Below are positions 38,921-49,184 of a stretch of DNA of 64,000 nucleotides, in pieces. Under the pieces are notes generated by a model. The model made no database searches. It saw only the letters and a program-made list of their open reading frames with translations, and was not told the DNA's origin. The stretch is from Methanobacteriota archaeon (GTDB lineage Archaea; Thermoplasmatota; E2; DHVEG-1): positions 384,001-448,000 of the forward strand of contig CAVYNH010000006.1 in the NCBI GenBank assembly GCA_963769885.1, written 5' to 3'. The position numbers were made by a program, and so were the translations under genes. Positions within the stretch are counted from its first letter, which is position 1, and every line of letters begins with the position of its first letter.

Positions 38921-39541
38921 TTAGCTGAGGGCGAAAACGTCGTCAGGGATATCGTCGAAGGAGATGTTGGTCAGCAAAACAGTGGTGGTCATATTTGGGC
39001 CGAAGATGGCGGGGGTGGATTCGATTTTGAGGGGAAGGCCGTTGTCGTTCCAGAGCCAGGCGCGAACGGTGGTGTTGGTCACGTGTGTGCCGGTTTGGTA
39101 TTGAACGATGGTGGTTTGTTTGCCGTCGATGACGTCGGTGCCGACCTGGGTGAGGTGGGCGGTGAGCATCTGGTTGGTGCAGTTGCCGACAATGTTGGGG
39201 ATGGGTATGGGAGAGTTGTCCCAGGTGTGGGTCATGATGTTATACATGTAGGTGCCGTTTGGGGTACTGATATAAGTGGCCGTATAATTTTCGACGTATT
39301 CTTGTTGTTTCATGTAGTGAGGTTTTTGCCAGAAGTGAGAGGTGAGGGTCACGTTATTGGTGGTGCCTATGGTGTCGGTGGTGACGATGGTGGTCATGTC
39401 GTAGTTGATAGTGGTGATCTGGTTGGCCTTGCTTACGAGGGTGGTGAGGGGGTTGGCTTGGGTGTTGGTCTGGGTGCATCCAGAAAGGAGAAGGATAGCG
39501 AGGAGGAGGGCTACACCGAGGAGTGCGTGTGTGCGTGGCAT
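38921..39541 (-). CDS. Lipoprotein with a LolA-like/DUF4412-type fold
   Basis: Lipobox LLSGC; VGTDVIDGK, WLW...GLPLKIE, IPDDVF. Confidence 0.75.
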   Translation of the reverse strand: MPRTHALLGVALLLAILLLSGCTQTNTQANPLTTLVSKANQITTINYDMTTIVTTDTIGTTNNVTLTSHFWQKPHYMKQQEYVENYTATYISTPNGTYMYNIMTHTWDNSPIPIPNIVGNCTNQMLTAHLTQVGTDVIDGKQTTIVQYQTGTHVTNTTVRAWLWNDNGLPLKIESTPAIFGPNMTTTVLLTNISFDDIPDDVFALS

Positions 39542-39604
39542 GGTCGTGGGAATCTGGTAGCGGTTTGATTAAGGTTCCGTTCTCCTGGCAGCTCCCGTGC
39601 TTTC

Positions 39605-40552
39605 TTATGGTCTGGTGAACAGGATTCCACCGTCGGAGGTGGAAGCGGTGAGGGTGTCGGCGTTGGTGACGTAAATGGTTATCCCCCGGCGGTATGCGCT
39701 ACTGACCCAGATGATGTAGTCCGCGGGCTCCGCGGGGTGGGCGAGCACATTGGGGATCAGGATCCCGCTGATGTTTTCCCCTGATTCGAGGAGTATTTCC
39801 ACGTGGTCGCGGGTCTGGGTGATCGTCGCGTTCTCGACTTGGGTGGCGTTGCCGTCCACGTCGTAGAAGGTCGCGGTCCAGTTCCCTGCGATGACCGGGT
39901 AGGTCGCCGCAGGCTCGATCTTGAGGAGGGTGGCGGTCACGTCGTCGAGGTAGTAGGTGCGGTTGGTCTCCCAGGTGCCCCAGACGCCGATGGCGGGGTA
40001 GAGGAGACCGGTGTCGGTGGTGGTGACGAAGTCGTAGGATTTCGTGAGCCAGGTGAGGGTGCCGTTGTCTTGGCCGTTGTCGGTGGTGTCTTGGTAGGTG
40101 AGGTCGGCTTTTGTGGGGGGCTGGGTGGTGACGCCGGTGATAATGGTGAAGGCGTTTACGCCGTAGTCCATGGAGGCGAGCTGGTAGGTGACGGTGATGT
40201 AGTATTGGGTGTTGGGTTGTGCGTGGATGGCTCTCTGGATCCAGATCTTGCCGGCGTCGTTGAGGTTGTTGAGGTAGAGTTCGAGGCTGCGGTTGCCGTC
40301 GTAGGACTGGTTGCTTGTGGGGGTGATCCACCAGGTGATGGGGGGGTCGAGCAGGTCGGTGCCGTTGGCGGTCCAGTTGTCCATGGAGGTTTCGAAGGAG
40401 CTGTAGGTGGTGTTCGCGGCCGGGGGGTTCTGCACGAGGGGCTGGGTGGCTGGTCTGCTGGTGAGGATGAGGGTGACGGCGGCCGAGGTGATGGAGAAGA
40501 TGATGAGGCAGCTGGCGAGGATGGCTTTGGTGACGAGGCGCATGATGACCAA
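39605..40552 (-). CDS. Membrane-anchored hypothetical beta-sandwich protein
   Basis: N-terminal TM segment; SFE...W, DAGKIWI, GVWGTWETNRTYYLD. Confidence 0.7.
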   Translation of the reverse strand: MVIMRLVTKAILASCLIIFSITSAAVTLILTSRPATQPLVQNPPAANTTYSSFETSMDNWTANGTDLLDPPITWWITPTSNQSYDGNRSLELYLNNLNDAGKIWIQRAIHAQPNTQYYITVTYQLASMDYGVNAFTIITGVTTQPPTKADLTYQDTTDNGQDNGTLTWLTKSYDFVTTTDTGLLYPAIGVWGTWETNRTYYLDDVTATLLKIEPAATYPVIAGNWTATFYDVDGNATQVENATITQTRDHVEILLESGENISGILIPNVLAHPAEPADYIIWVSSAYRRGITIYVTNADTLTASTSDGGILFTRP

Positions 40553-40624
40553 GTATTGGGATAGGATCAGGTCTTTTTACCCTTGTGGAAAATGTTTGGG
40601 AATCGCCGAACTACTCGGGGTGGG

Positions 40625-40756
40625 TTAAGGTTGTGTGAAGACAATCGAAGTTTTGTCAGCGAGGAAGCAGCCGTAGAGGGGGCAGGTGGTCTGTTTGGTG
40701 ATGTCGTCGGTCTCGAACTCCCGCCGGCGGCAGAGATGGAGGACGATGGCCTTCAG
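40625..40756 (-). pseudogene. Possible decayed small zinc-ribbon ORF
   Basis: Own translation (CTG)KAIVLHLCRRREFETDDITKQTTCPLYGCFLADKTSIVFTQP*; host-like codons, broken CxxC pairs. Confidence 0.3.
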
Positions 40757-41044
40757 GGGTGAGGTTAATACCGGTTGTTATTTGGGGATAGTGGAAAAAT
40801 GCTCGTAGAATATCGCAGTCACGTTGTTTTCGGTCCTTGTCTTTTTGTACACTAGGGGTTCAGGGGGGTGAGGCGCGGGGAGCCAGTAAAGCCTTTTGAG
40901 ATTAAGATACCCGAATTAAAATTGTTAAAAACATGAATTAAAACCGTGTTAATACTTCTGTTTTGAATTTTTATCTATTACAAACATTTAAATAAATGTG
41001 CAATATATTTAATCATGTCCTGATGTAACAGGGGAGGCAAGAAT

Positions 41045-41500
41045 ATGAGAGAAAGAACTATTTTGAAGAAAGCTGGAGTTTTTTCCGTGATAGCAGTATT
41101 GCTATTGACTGCGACTGGTATGACAGTAAGTGCAAGAAACGATACGACACAATCGGTCACCACTTGTGCACCCATTGGTGACCCAACGAATGTCACCTTC
41201 AACTTCAAAGGCGGTTTCGGTTTCACTATTGTGATAACAAATACTGGTAACGCAACAATGGCCATCAAAAATTGGACCTACAACATAAACATGACTCTGG
41301 GTCTGATTCTCCTTGGCAAAACAAAGAGTGGTACTAACATAACGCTTGCGCCAGGAGCATCAACCAAAATAAAAACGATACCCATCGGCATAGGTGTAGG
41401 AACTGTTGAAATTAACATGTCCGTGCCTGATGAATATGTGTATGAATATTGGGAACGTGTTTATTTTATCGGTCCTTTTGTTCTACCACCCCAATCATAG
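41045..41500 (+). CDS. Secreted protein consisting of a single CARDB-like domain
   Basis: GGAGG RBS, signal peptide; KGGFGFTIVITNTG...W...GLIL...LAPG...IGIG...GPFVL. Confidence 0.75.
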   Translation: MRERTILKKAGVFSVIAVLLLTATGMTVSARNDTTQSVTTCAPIGDPTNVTFNFKGGFGFTIVITNTGNATMAIKNWTYNINMTLGLILLGKTKSGTNITLAPGASTKIKTIPIGIGVGTVEINMSVPDEYVYEYWERVYFIGPFVLPPQS

Positions 41501-41970
41501 ATAGCTAAAATCGACAACATACTTCCATAGAACATCCATTCGCTCTCTTTCTTATTTTTTTGCTTTCGCACAAAAAAACCATGATCAATTTTTGTCTCAA
41601 AACCATGTCAATACTTGCATCAAAAACAATGATAGATTTATATACTACAAGAAAAAACCTAAATTCAATCCCGTTTTCTATTGTTTACGTCAAGTCGACA
41701 TGCGTTTATACCGTGTTAATGCTTCTGATTTCTAAGGATATGTTTTTATTGAATTTTTTGAACTAATGATGCTATACCTAAGTGATAAGAACAAGAATGA
41801 CCTGCGGGTGATGATTACGCTGAAGAAATCAGGAATCATTCTCTCCGAGAAAATACGGCTTCTTTGGCATTTTTTTTCATTCGGAAGTACCGGAGCCTTC
41901 CCTCCTAAGAGAAAACCACCTCGGTGGAAGCGCTTAAAAACCCCCGCGAAGTATCCACCACCGACCCCCC

Positions 41971-42378
41971 ATGCATGAATGGGCCCTCGCCGAATCAATC
42001 CTCGCCGCCGCAGAAACCACCGCGGCCGACCAACACTTCAAGAAAATCAGCAGAATCACTATCAACCTCGGCGAACTCCAAAACATCGACCGCGGCATCC
42101 TACGCTTCGCGCTCAAAGAACTCGCCAAGGAACGCCCCCGTTTCACCGCAACGAGATTCAGCTTCAGAACCGAAGCAACAACCTTCTCCTGCACCGCCTG
42201 CCGCCAGCACTGGAGCCTCGCCGACATCAAACAAAAACTCACCAGCGACGAGGCAGAGGCGATCCACTTCATCCCCGAGGCCGCCCTCAGCTACGTCCGC
42301 TGCCCCCACTGCGGCAGCCCCGACTACCACATCCTCACCGGCCGCGGCGTCACCCTCGCCACCATCACCGGAGACTAA
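41971..42378 (+). CDS. hypA: Hydrogenase nickel incorporation protein HypA
   Basis: MHE start, GELQ, CTAC...HFIPE...CPHCGS, GRGV. Confidence 0.95.
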   Translation: MHEWALAESILAAAETTAADQHFKKISRITINLGELQNIDRGILRFALKELAKERPRFTATRFSFRTEATTFSCTACRQHWSLADIKQKLTSDEAEAIHFIPEAALSYVRCPHCGSPDYHILTGRGVTLATITGD

Positions 42379-42382
42379 AAAA

Positions 42383-43099
42383 ATGGACCCCCGACCCCAC
42401 ATCATCGACACCCGACTCCAAAAAATCAAGCGGGTCATCGCGGTCGCCAGCGGCAAAGGCGGCGTCGGCAAAAGCATGGTCGCCGCCACCCTCGCCCTCA
42501 CCCTCGCACAACACCACCGGGTCGGCCTCATGGACCTCGACGTCTACGGCCCCTCCACCCACCTCATCCTCGGCGCCAGCCACCTCACCCCCACCGAGGA
42601 CAAAGGCCTCATCCCACCAAAAATAAACGACCTCTCATACATGAGTCCCGTCCTCTTCACCCACGACAGACCCGCTCCCCTCCGCGGCGCGGCCGTCACC
42701 GACCTGATCCTCGAACTCCTCGCCGTCACCCGCTGGGGGCCACTGGACTACCTCATCCTCGACATGCCCCCCGGCATCGGCGACGAAACCCTCGATGTCC
42801 TCCGCCTCCTCCCCCACGCCCAGTTCCTCATCGTCACCATTCCCTCCAAAGTCGCGGCAGGCGCCGTCGACCGCCTCCTCGACCTCCTCCAAGAACTCCA
42901 CCGCCCCATCATCGGCATCATCCACAACATGACCACCGATCACACGCCCAAACCCACGACCACCAAGAAAGGAGTACGCTATCTCGGCAGCCTCCCCCTT
43001 GACCCCAGCCTCGAACCCGCCCTCGGCGACCCCGATCGACTCCTCGCCACACCCTTCGCACAAACACTAAAAAAAATAATCCCCGTAATCCAACGCTAA
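42383..43099 (+). CDS. Mrp/MinD-family ATPase, ATPase-type HypB
   Basis: MDPR...ASGKGGVGKS, DLDVYGPS, DMPPG; lacks the C-terminal CxxC; adjacent to hypA. Confidence 0.8.
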   Translation: MDPRPHIIDTRLQKIKRVIAVASGKGGVGKSMVAATLALTLAQHHRVGLMDLDVYGPSTHLILGASHLTPTEDKGLIPPKINDLSYMSPVLFTHDRPAPLRGAAVTDLILELLAVTRWGPLDYLILDMPPGIGDETLDVLRLLPHAQFLIVTIPSKVAAGAVDRLLDLLQELHRPIIGIIHNMTTDHTPKPTTTKKGVRYLGSLPLDPSLEPALGDPDRLLATPFAQTLKKIIPVIQR

Positions 43100-44403
43100 G
43101 GGACCGCGGCCTCCGCCAACAAATACGACCGTGCCTCACCCACCGTAAACAATGACCCAGTCACACAGATCAGATCCCTCTCCCCCGCCATCCCCATCGC
43201 CGTCCCCAACGCCTCCGGAACCGACTCGCATACCGTGATCTCCTTATCCCGCGAGAACTCCCGCGCCAGCTCCAACAGCTTCCCCGGCGCGCACGCCCGC
43301 GGGTTCAACGACCGCGTCAACACCACCCGCCACGCCACCGGCACGATGATCTCCAGCATCCGCCGCATATCCTTATCATGGCAGATCCCCACCACCAGCA
43401 CCACCCGACGCCCCGGGAAATCCGCCTCCAACGTCCGCCGCAGCATCCCCATCCCATGCGGATTATGCGCCCCATCCAACACGATCGCCGGCTCATCCGC
43501 CACCACCTCCATCCGCCCTGGATGAAACGCCCGATCGACTCCCGCCACGATCGCCTGATCCGACACGAACACCCCCAGCAGCTGCAGCTGCTCCACCGCC
43601 GCCAACGCCACCGCGATATTCTCCCCCTGATACAGCCCCAGCAGCCGCGTGCTCACCTCATACTCCCGCAGACTCCCCAGAATCCGGAACACCTGCGACG
43701 ACCGCGTCCGAGACAACCGAGACCACTGACCGTCACCGACAACAACAAGCGGCGCTAACCGCTTAGCCGCCACCTCCCTGATCACCTCCAGCGCCTCACC
43801 GGACGCCCCAGTCACCACCGGCACCCCCGACTTGATGATCCCCGCCTTCTCCACCGCGATCTTCTTCGCCGTATCCCCCAGAATCTCCGTATGATCAAGC
43901 GCGATGTTCGTAATCACCGACACCACCGGCACCACCACGTTCGTCGCATCAAACCGACCGCCCAGCCCCACCTCCACCACCGCATACTCCACCTGCTTCT
44001 CCTTGAAATACAGGAACGCGAGCGCCGTCGTGATCTCAAAGAACGTCGGCGGCTCCCCCTCCGCAATCATCCCCTCGACAACCGGCCGCACCCGATCGAC
44101 CAGCCGATCGATATCCTCACGAGAAATCGGGACGCCATTAATCACAATCCGCTCCGAGAACCACTGCAGATGCGGCGAGATATACACCCCCACCCGGTAC
44201 CCCCCCTGCCCCAACACACTCGCCACATACTGGCACACCGACCCCTTCCCGTTCGTCCCCGCCACATGCACAACCCGCAGCCCCTGCTGCGGATTCCCTA
44301 ACCGCTGCAGCAAAAGAGAGATACGCTCTAGGCCGAACTTCCAGCCGTACTTATCGAAGCTGTACAACCACCGGATTCCGGGACTCAGCTCAGTAGCCGT
44401 CAG
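43096..44403 (-). CDS. folC: Folylpolyglutamate synthase/dihydrofolate synthase (start codon unclear)
   Basis: HVAGTNGKGS, SPHL, EVGLGGRFDATN, EKAGIIK, DGAHN, TGSLFTVG. Confidence 0.9.
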   Translation of the reverse strand: MTATELSPGIRWLYSFDKYGWKFGLERISLLLQRLGNPQQGLRVVHVAGTNGKGSVCQYVASVLGQGGYRVGVYISPHLQWFSERIVINGVPISREDIDRLVDRVRPVVEGMIAEGEPPTFFEITTALAFLYFKEKQVEYAVVEVGLGGRFDATNVVVPVVSVITNIALDHTEILGDTAKKIAVEKAGIIKSGVPVVTGASGEALEVIREVAAKRLAPLVVVGDGQWSRLSRTRSSQVFRILGSLREYEVSTRLLGLYQGENIAVALAAVEQLQLLGVFVSDQAIVAGVDRAFHPGRMEVVADEPAIVLDGAHNPHGMGMLRRTLEADFPGRRVVLVVGICHDKDMRRMLEIIVPVAWRVVLTRSLNPRACAPGKLLELAREFSRDKEITVCESVPEALGTAMGMAGERDLICVTGSLFTVGEARSYLLAEAAVP

Positions 44404-45063
44404 AATACAACACCCCAGGATAACACTCGGTACTTCGTCAACCACGAGTCCCCCGGCAAAATCCGTACCTCCCTACCCTGGATTAGTAATCGCCCCTGCG
44501 CAAACAACTCGATCGTCCGCGGGAGGATCTGATGCTCCACCTCCAAGATCCGCTTCGCCAACGTATCCCTGGTATCACCCGGTAGCACCTTCACCGCCGC
44601 CTGCAGAATAATCGGCCCATGATCCATCTCCTCATCCATGAAATGCGTCGTACACCCCGAGATCTTCACTCCATACGCCAACGCATCCCCCTGTCCGTTC
44701 ACCCCCCTGAACGACGGCAGCAGCGCCGGATGGATGTTGATCAACCGGCCTTTCCACTTCCGCACGAACTCCGGGGTCATAATCCGCATGTAGCCCGCAC
44801 CGACCACCAAATCAACCTTATGTTTCTCGAGGGTCGTAGTAATCTGGGTCTCATGCAGCTCTCGGTTCTTCGCGACACATTCGATGCAATACCAGGGGAT
44901 TTTATGCTTCTCCGCACGCTTCAGCGCCTGCGCCTCCGCCCGGTCACTGATCACGAGTACCAACCGCGGCGTTGATTTTATGCTGCTCCGAGGCATCGAT
45001 GATGCTCTGCAGATCGGTCCCAGACCCTGAGGCGAGGACGCCGACGCGAAGAATCTTCCCCAT
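44400..45063 (-). CDS. purN: Phosphoribosylglycinamide formyltransferase; frameshift at about 44962
   Basis: N-terminus MGKILRVGVLASGSGTDLQSII is in one frame and continues as LVISD...AGYMRI, NIHPALLP, MDHGPII in the next. Confidence 0.88.
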
Positions 45064-45109
45064 ATGATTCCCTCAATCCTGCACTGCGACCGAACCACGT
45101 GCGATGTTT

Positions 45110-46225
45110 TCAATGTTCCGGTACCGAGAAGATATGCTTCTGAATAGTCTCCCAGGGGGCATCCGTCTTGAATCCCGTCGGCGTGAAATGAGTGCGCGAT
45201 GCAAAAAATCCAGCCTGACGGAGAGTCTCAAGAACATGGTCGAGAGGAGGCATCGGCGATTTCAATATCGACGCGATTCCCTCAACAGTGTAGAAAAACG
45301 GAGGTGCCTCCGCTTCTTCCTCAAGGGCGGTGATGAGTTTCCAGAGGCTTGGTCGGGAGCCGAGCGTCTTGGTAGGGAGGAGCATGCGGACTACCTGGAT
45401 CATCGTCTTATTCTGCAGCGACCCCATCCACAAGGGGCCGACATCATGGCCCAAAGGAGTCGCGAGAGGGATAGTCGTCATAGGGATTGTGACGTAGTTC
45501 GATATGGATTCCTTCGCGGCCCGTTTCCCACACGGGACTTGGACATAGGCGCGAAAGTAATGATCGGCAGCGTAGCAAAGCAGCGGCTTGATGCCTTTGT
45601 CGTACTTGGCCGCCTCGCGGGCAATGATGCCGAGGAGGATGCGCAGGCCGGTCTCGCGCATACACGCGCCATGGGAGGGCCAGGCGGCGTAGCGGCGGCG
45701 GCAGACCTCGGGGAAGACGCCGCAGAGCGGCGCGGTGTCCGTGGCGGTGACGGCGAGCAATCCATTGGGCGCGATGCTACGCATGGCCGAGTCGAGAAAG
45801 GAGATTGGTGAGCCGAATGGGTCGATGTCTATGGAGTGGTAGCGGCTCTGGGAGAGGAGGGCGTTGAGGTCGGCGTGACAGGCGGTGGCGTTGTGAAGGT
45901 TGGCGCGCTGGATGTTGTCTTGGATGAGCTGGTGAGCAGCGTCTTTGGCGTCGTTAATAGTGACGTGGATGTCTCCTTCGAGTTCGTTGGCGAGCCGCAG
46001 GCCGCGGACGCCGCTGGCGGCGAGGCCGTCGAGGATGCGGGTGGGCTTCTGTCGTGTGTTGAGGAACCATTGGTTGGCGAGGATGGAGAGGTCGCGGCTC
46101 TGCTCCATGGAGGGGTTGTAGAAGGGCTGGGTGGTGCGGGCTGCCGGGCCTTTTTTCACTGTTTTCGGAGCCGCGGTGAGGGCGGTGGTGGTTCCTTCGG
46201 TGATGGTGTAGCGGGCTTGGGTCAT
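45110..46225 (-). CDS. trm1: tRNA (guanine-26, N2)-dimethyltransferase
   Basis: FYNP, DGLAASGVRGLR, DIDPFGSP, TATDTAPL, RTHF...GFKTDA. Confidence 0.93.
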   Translation of the reverse strand: MTQARYTITEGTTTALTAAPKTVKKGPAARTTQPFYNPSMEQSRDLSILANQWFLNTRQKPTRILDGLAASGVRGLRLANELEGDIHVTINDAKDAAHQLIQDNIQRANLHNATACHADLNALLSQSRYHSIDIDPFGSPISFLDSAMRSIAPNGLLAVTATDTAPLCGVFPEVCRRRYAAWPSHGACMRETGLRILLGIIAREAAKYDKGIKPLLCYAADHYFRAYVQVPCGKRAAKESISNYVTIPMTTIPLATPLGHDVGPLWMGSLQNKTMIQVVRMLLPTKTLGSRPSLWKLITALEEEAEAPPFFYTVEGIASILKSPMPPLDHVLETLRQAGFFASRTHFTPTGFKTDAPWETIQKHIFSVPEH

Positions 46226-46248
46226 GAGAAAAGGGAGGTGGGAATGGG

Positions 46249-46809
46249 TCAGTAGAGTGGCGGGAGTTTTTCGGCCATGATTTTTTCGATTTTGTAGGGG
46301 AGGAGGTTGCGGTTGACGGGGGTGACTTCGAGGATGCGGATGTCGTCGCGGCGGCGGATGTCTTGGAGGAGCGGGGTGCGTGATTTCTTGTGGAGGGTCA
46401 CCATGATGGGTTTGTCGCTGTCGAGGGCTTCGATGACGACGTTGCAGAAGGGTTCGGAGAGCATCTCCATTTTGCCGATTTCGTCGATGATGATGATGTC
46501 GATGGCGTCTTCGTTGATGGCGCGTTCGATGGCTTTGACGCCGATGCGTTCGAGGTTGAAGAGGTCGACGCCGTATTTGCCGACCTTGTCTTTGCAGTCC
46601 ATGTCGAGTTTGGCGAAGACGGCTTTCTCCTTGGTCATCCAGTCTGCGACGTAGAAGCCGACCCGTTTCTTTTTCTCGACGATAGGCTCGGAGATCATCC
46701 CTTCGACGGTGTAGCCGCTCTTCTCGATCTTCTCAATGATCTTGATGAGGGTCTCAGTCTTGCCGACGCTGGGCATCCCGGTGATCCCTATCTTGGGGAT
46801 ATCGTCCAT
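46249..46809 (-). CDS. NTPase (THEP1/NTPase_1 family)
   Basis: ITGMPSVGKT, VGKYGV, IIDEIGKME. Confidence 0.92.
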   Translation of the reverse strand: MDDIPKIGITGMPSVGKTETLIKIIEKIEKSGYTVEGMISEPIVEKKKRVGFYVADWMTKEKAVFAKLDMDCKDKVGKYGVDLFNLERIGVKAIERAINEDAIDIIIIDEIGKMEMLSEPFCNVVIEALDSDKPIMVTLHKKSRTPLLQDIRRRDDIRILEVTPVNRNLLPYKIEKIMAEKLPPLY

Positions 46810-46871
46810 AGCTCGTAGAGGTAATGCGATTTGAGTTTAGAAGGCTTTGGTCTACGAGGAAAACAGGCGGT

Positions 46872-47540
46872 TTAGGCCGGTTTTTTCTTTATAAAGAAAG
46901 GGCCGGCGAGGACGTAGACGAGGATCATGCCTAAGAGCAGGAGCGGGCCGGCGATAAAACCCAGGAGGGTGAGGGGGAGGGAGGCGAGGATGACGAGGCT
47001 CGCGACCACGGTTGTGTATCTCCCCAGTTTTGGGTACGGCAACGAGGCGACCTGCATCAGCCCCAAGAGGATGAGGACGGCGAAGATAACGAATGCAGGG
47101 AACCAGGAGGGTCCGAGGATCGCCAGGCAAACGAGGATGATCGTGCTCGCGGAGGCCGGCAGGCCGAGGAACGCCTCTTTCTCCTTCAGCAGATGGAAGC
47201 TGGAGAGCCGGGTCACGGCGCAGAACAGGAAAAACAGCATCCCGGCCAGCAAGAGTCCGAGGATGAGCGGCTGCAGGCCTGTGGCATAGATGCCGTAGAC
47301 GAAGACCGCCGGCGCCACGGTCAGGGAGACGAAATCGGCCATCGCCTCGAGGTAGTCGCCGATCTGTCCGCCGCCGAGCCGACGGGCGACGACGCCGTCC
47401 AGGCCGTCCGCCAGCAGCGCCAGCAGGATCAATGAGAACGCCAAGGGGATCTGACCAGAGAAGACGGCGAGAATCGCCAGCAGCCCGAAGCCTGCGTTCA
47501 GGATCGAGAGTCCGTCGGCGACCGTCAGGAATCTAAGCAT
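46872..47540 (-). CDS. pssA: CDP-archaeol:serine (archaetidylserine) synthase
   Basis: DGLDGVVAR...G..LE..AD CDP-alcohol motif, TRLSSF, FLGLP, YPK. Confidence 0.85.
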   Translation of the reverse strand: MLRFLTVADGLSILNAGFGLLAILAVFSGQIPLAFSLILLALLADGLDGVVARRLGGGQIGDYLEAMADFVSLTVAPAVFVYGIYATGLQPLILGLLLAGMLFFLFCAVTRLSSFHLLKEKEAFLGLPASASTIILVCLAILGPSWFPAFVIFAVLILLGLMQVASLPYPKLGRYTTVVASLVILASLPLTLLGFIAGPLLLLGMILVYVLAGPFFIKKKPA

Positions 47541-48180
47541 GGTGCTGGGCAAGGGTATCCTCTCCTGCTTTCACCCGGTCATGGAGCCGCACTGCCAGGG
47601 ACGCGACCATAGCCTCTGGGAGGTACACATCCACGCGGGACCCCAGGCGGATCAGCCCGATGCGGCTGCCTCTCGCGACCACGTCGCCGGGCTTGATGTA
47701 GGGGACGATGCGGCGGGCGACCGTCCCCGCAATCTGGACGACCTTCACTGTCCCGCGGGGCGTTGTGAGATGGATGGTGACGCGCTCGTTGCGTTCCGAG
47801 TCCTTGGTGAACGCGGGCAGATGGCCGCCAGGGGCATGCTCCACCTTGGTGACAGTCCCATCGACCGGGCTTCGGTTCACATGAACGTTATGGATGTTCA
47901 TGAAGGTTTTCACCCAGTAGCAGGGGCCGACGTCCGGGTCGTCGATGGTGGCGATGCCGGTGATGACGCCGTCGGCGCAGGCAACGATGCCCACCCCTAT
48001 TTTTCGCTCCGGGTCGCGGAAGAAGATGACGAGCAGGATGATTCCGGCGAGGCCGAGGAGGGCGGCGATGAGGAAGACGATGTGGAGGAGGCCGTCGGAG
48101 GCCAGGGTGCCGACATCGAAGACGATGGTGGCCATTCCGACCCCGATGATCCAGAGGGGGCATCCTCGGGCGAGCCTCAC
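47533..48180 (-). CDS. psd: Archaetidyl/phosphatidylserine decarboxylase
   Basis: FFRDPER, FMNIHNVHVNRSP, NER, QIAG, LGSRVD autocleavage site. Confidence 0.92.
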   Translation of the reverse strand: MRLARGCPLWIIGVGMATIVFDVGTLASDGLLHIVFLIAALLGLAGIILLVIFFRDPERKIGVGIVACADGVITGIATIDDPDVGPCYWVKTFMNIHNVHVNRSPVDGTVTKVEHAPGGHLPAFTKDSERNERVTIHLTTPRGTVKVVQIAGTVARRIVPYIKPGDVVARGSRIGLIRLGSRVDVYLPEAMVASLAVRLHDRVKAGEDTLAQHHA

Positions 48181-49100
48181 CGTTTCCCTCCGAGGAATTG
48201 TTCGAGGGGACCTTTGCGTTTGGGGAGGTTGATGACGCCCATGATGTCGTCGTAGAGCTCCGGGACGATGTGGAAGGTGAGGAAGAGGATGGCAATGAGG
48301 GCGAGCAGGGAGCCGGCTTTGCCGATGACGTTGTGCGCCATTTCAAAGGAGATACCGCTGCCGGTCATGAGGACGACGCCGGTGTTGCGGACGAGGTTGA
48401 GGAGGTAGACGGGGACGACGGTGGCGAGCAGCGCGACGGTTTTCCGTTTCGGCTTGATCTTGGGCATGGCGCCGAGCATCCCGACGAAGAGGAGGAGGGA
48501 TTGGACGGCGGTGCAGGCGAAGATGATGTGGATGGCGGTGTCATTGTAGGTGATGGTGGCCCCGGTCTGGGTGACGGTGAAACCGAGGAGGCGGAGCATC
48601 CAGACGGTCTGGTCGGCGACAATGAGAATGAGACCGTCGGAGAGGAACGGCAGGAGCTGTTCTATGGAGAAGTAGATGAGGCCGGCAAGGCAGGTGGCGC
48701 CGGCGATCCAGTTGAGGGCGGCGGGGTACTCCCGGCGTTTGGTAGAGAGCCATTCGTGGTAGGCGAGGTAGATAAGGACGTAGATGCCGATGACGCAGAT
48801 GGCGGCGTTGATGATGTCGCCGCCTTCTGAGAAGTAGAGGAGGTTGGTGTAGGTGGTCCAGAAGAGGGCGAAGAGGATCCAGCCGGTCATCTTGAATCGG
48901 CTGCCGCGCTGCTGTTGCTTGTCGAGGGTGCCGATGCCGAGGAGGATGAGGCCGGCGAAGAGGGGGATGAGGTTGACCCAGTGGTACGGCGGCAGCGGAT
49001 ACGGGAAGAGGATGAAGTTGATGAGGATCATGGCTGTGGGGCCGCCGAAGAACCAGAGGAGGATCCGGGAATCCTTTGTGTCGGGTGTGGTGGATGCCAT
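48177..49100 (-). CDS. artA: Archaeosortase A
   Basis: Multi-TM; catalytic IIFACTAVQS, NLVRN, FEMAHNVIGKAGSL. Confidence 0.9.
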   Translation of the reverse strand: MASTTPDTKDSRILLWFFGGPTAMILINFILFPYPLPPYHWVNLIPLFAGLILLGIGTLDKQQQRGSRFKMTGWILFALFWTTYTNLLYFSEGGDIINAAICVIGIYVLIYLAYHEWLSTKRREYPAALNWIAGATCLAGLIYFSIEQLLPFLSDGLILIVADQTVWMLRLLGFTVTQTGATITYNDTAIHIIFACTAVQSLLLFVGMLGAMPKIKPKRKTVALLATVVPVYLLNLVRNTGVVLMTGSGISFEMAHNVIGKAGSLLALIAILFLTFHIVPELYDDIMGVINLPKRKGPLEQFLGGKR

Positions 49101-49184
49101 TGCTTGAAGATCAATTGGGCTGTATGGGGTGAGTCTACAAAAACCCATTGGTACCGACCGCGAGCGTGTGGTGCGGGTTCTGCG

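Noticed and set aside
41501-41970. AT-rich gap with short ORFs
   Set aside because: Looks like terminator and promoter DNA; the ORFs have no recognisable features.
41924-42382. N-terminal extension of the Mrp ORF (likewise 8614..8781 for the hydrolase)
   Set aside because: Overlaps a real upstream gene in another frame; the family starts are at 42383 and 8613.
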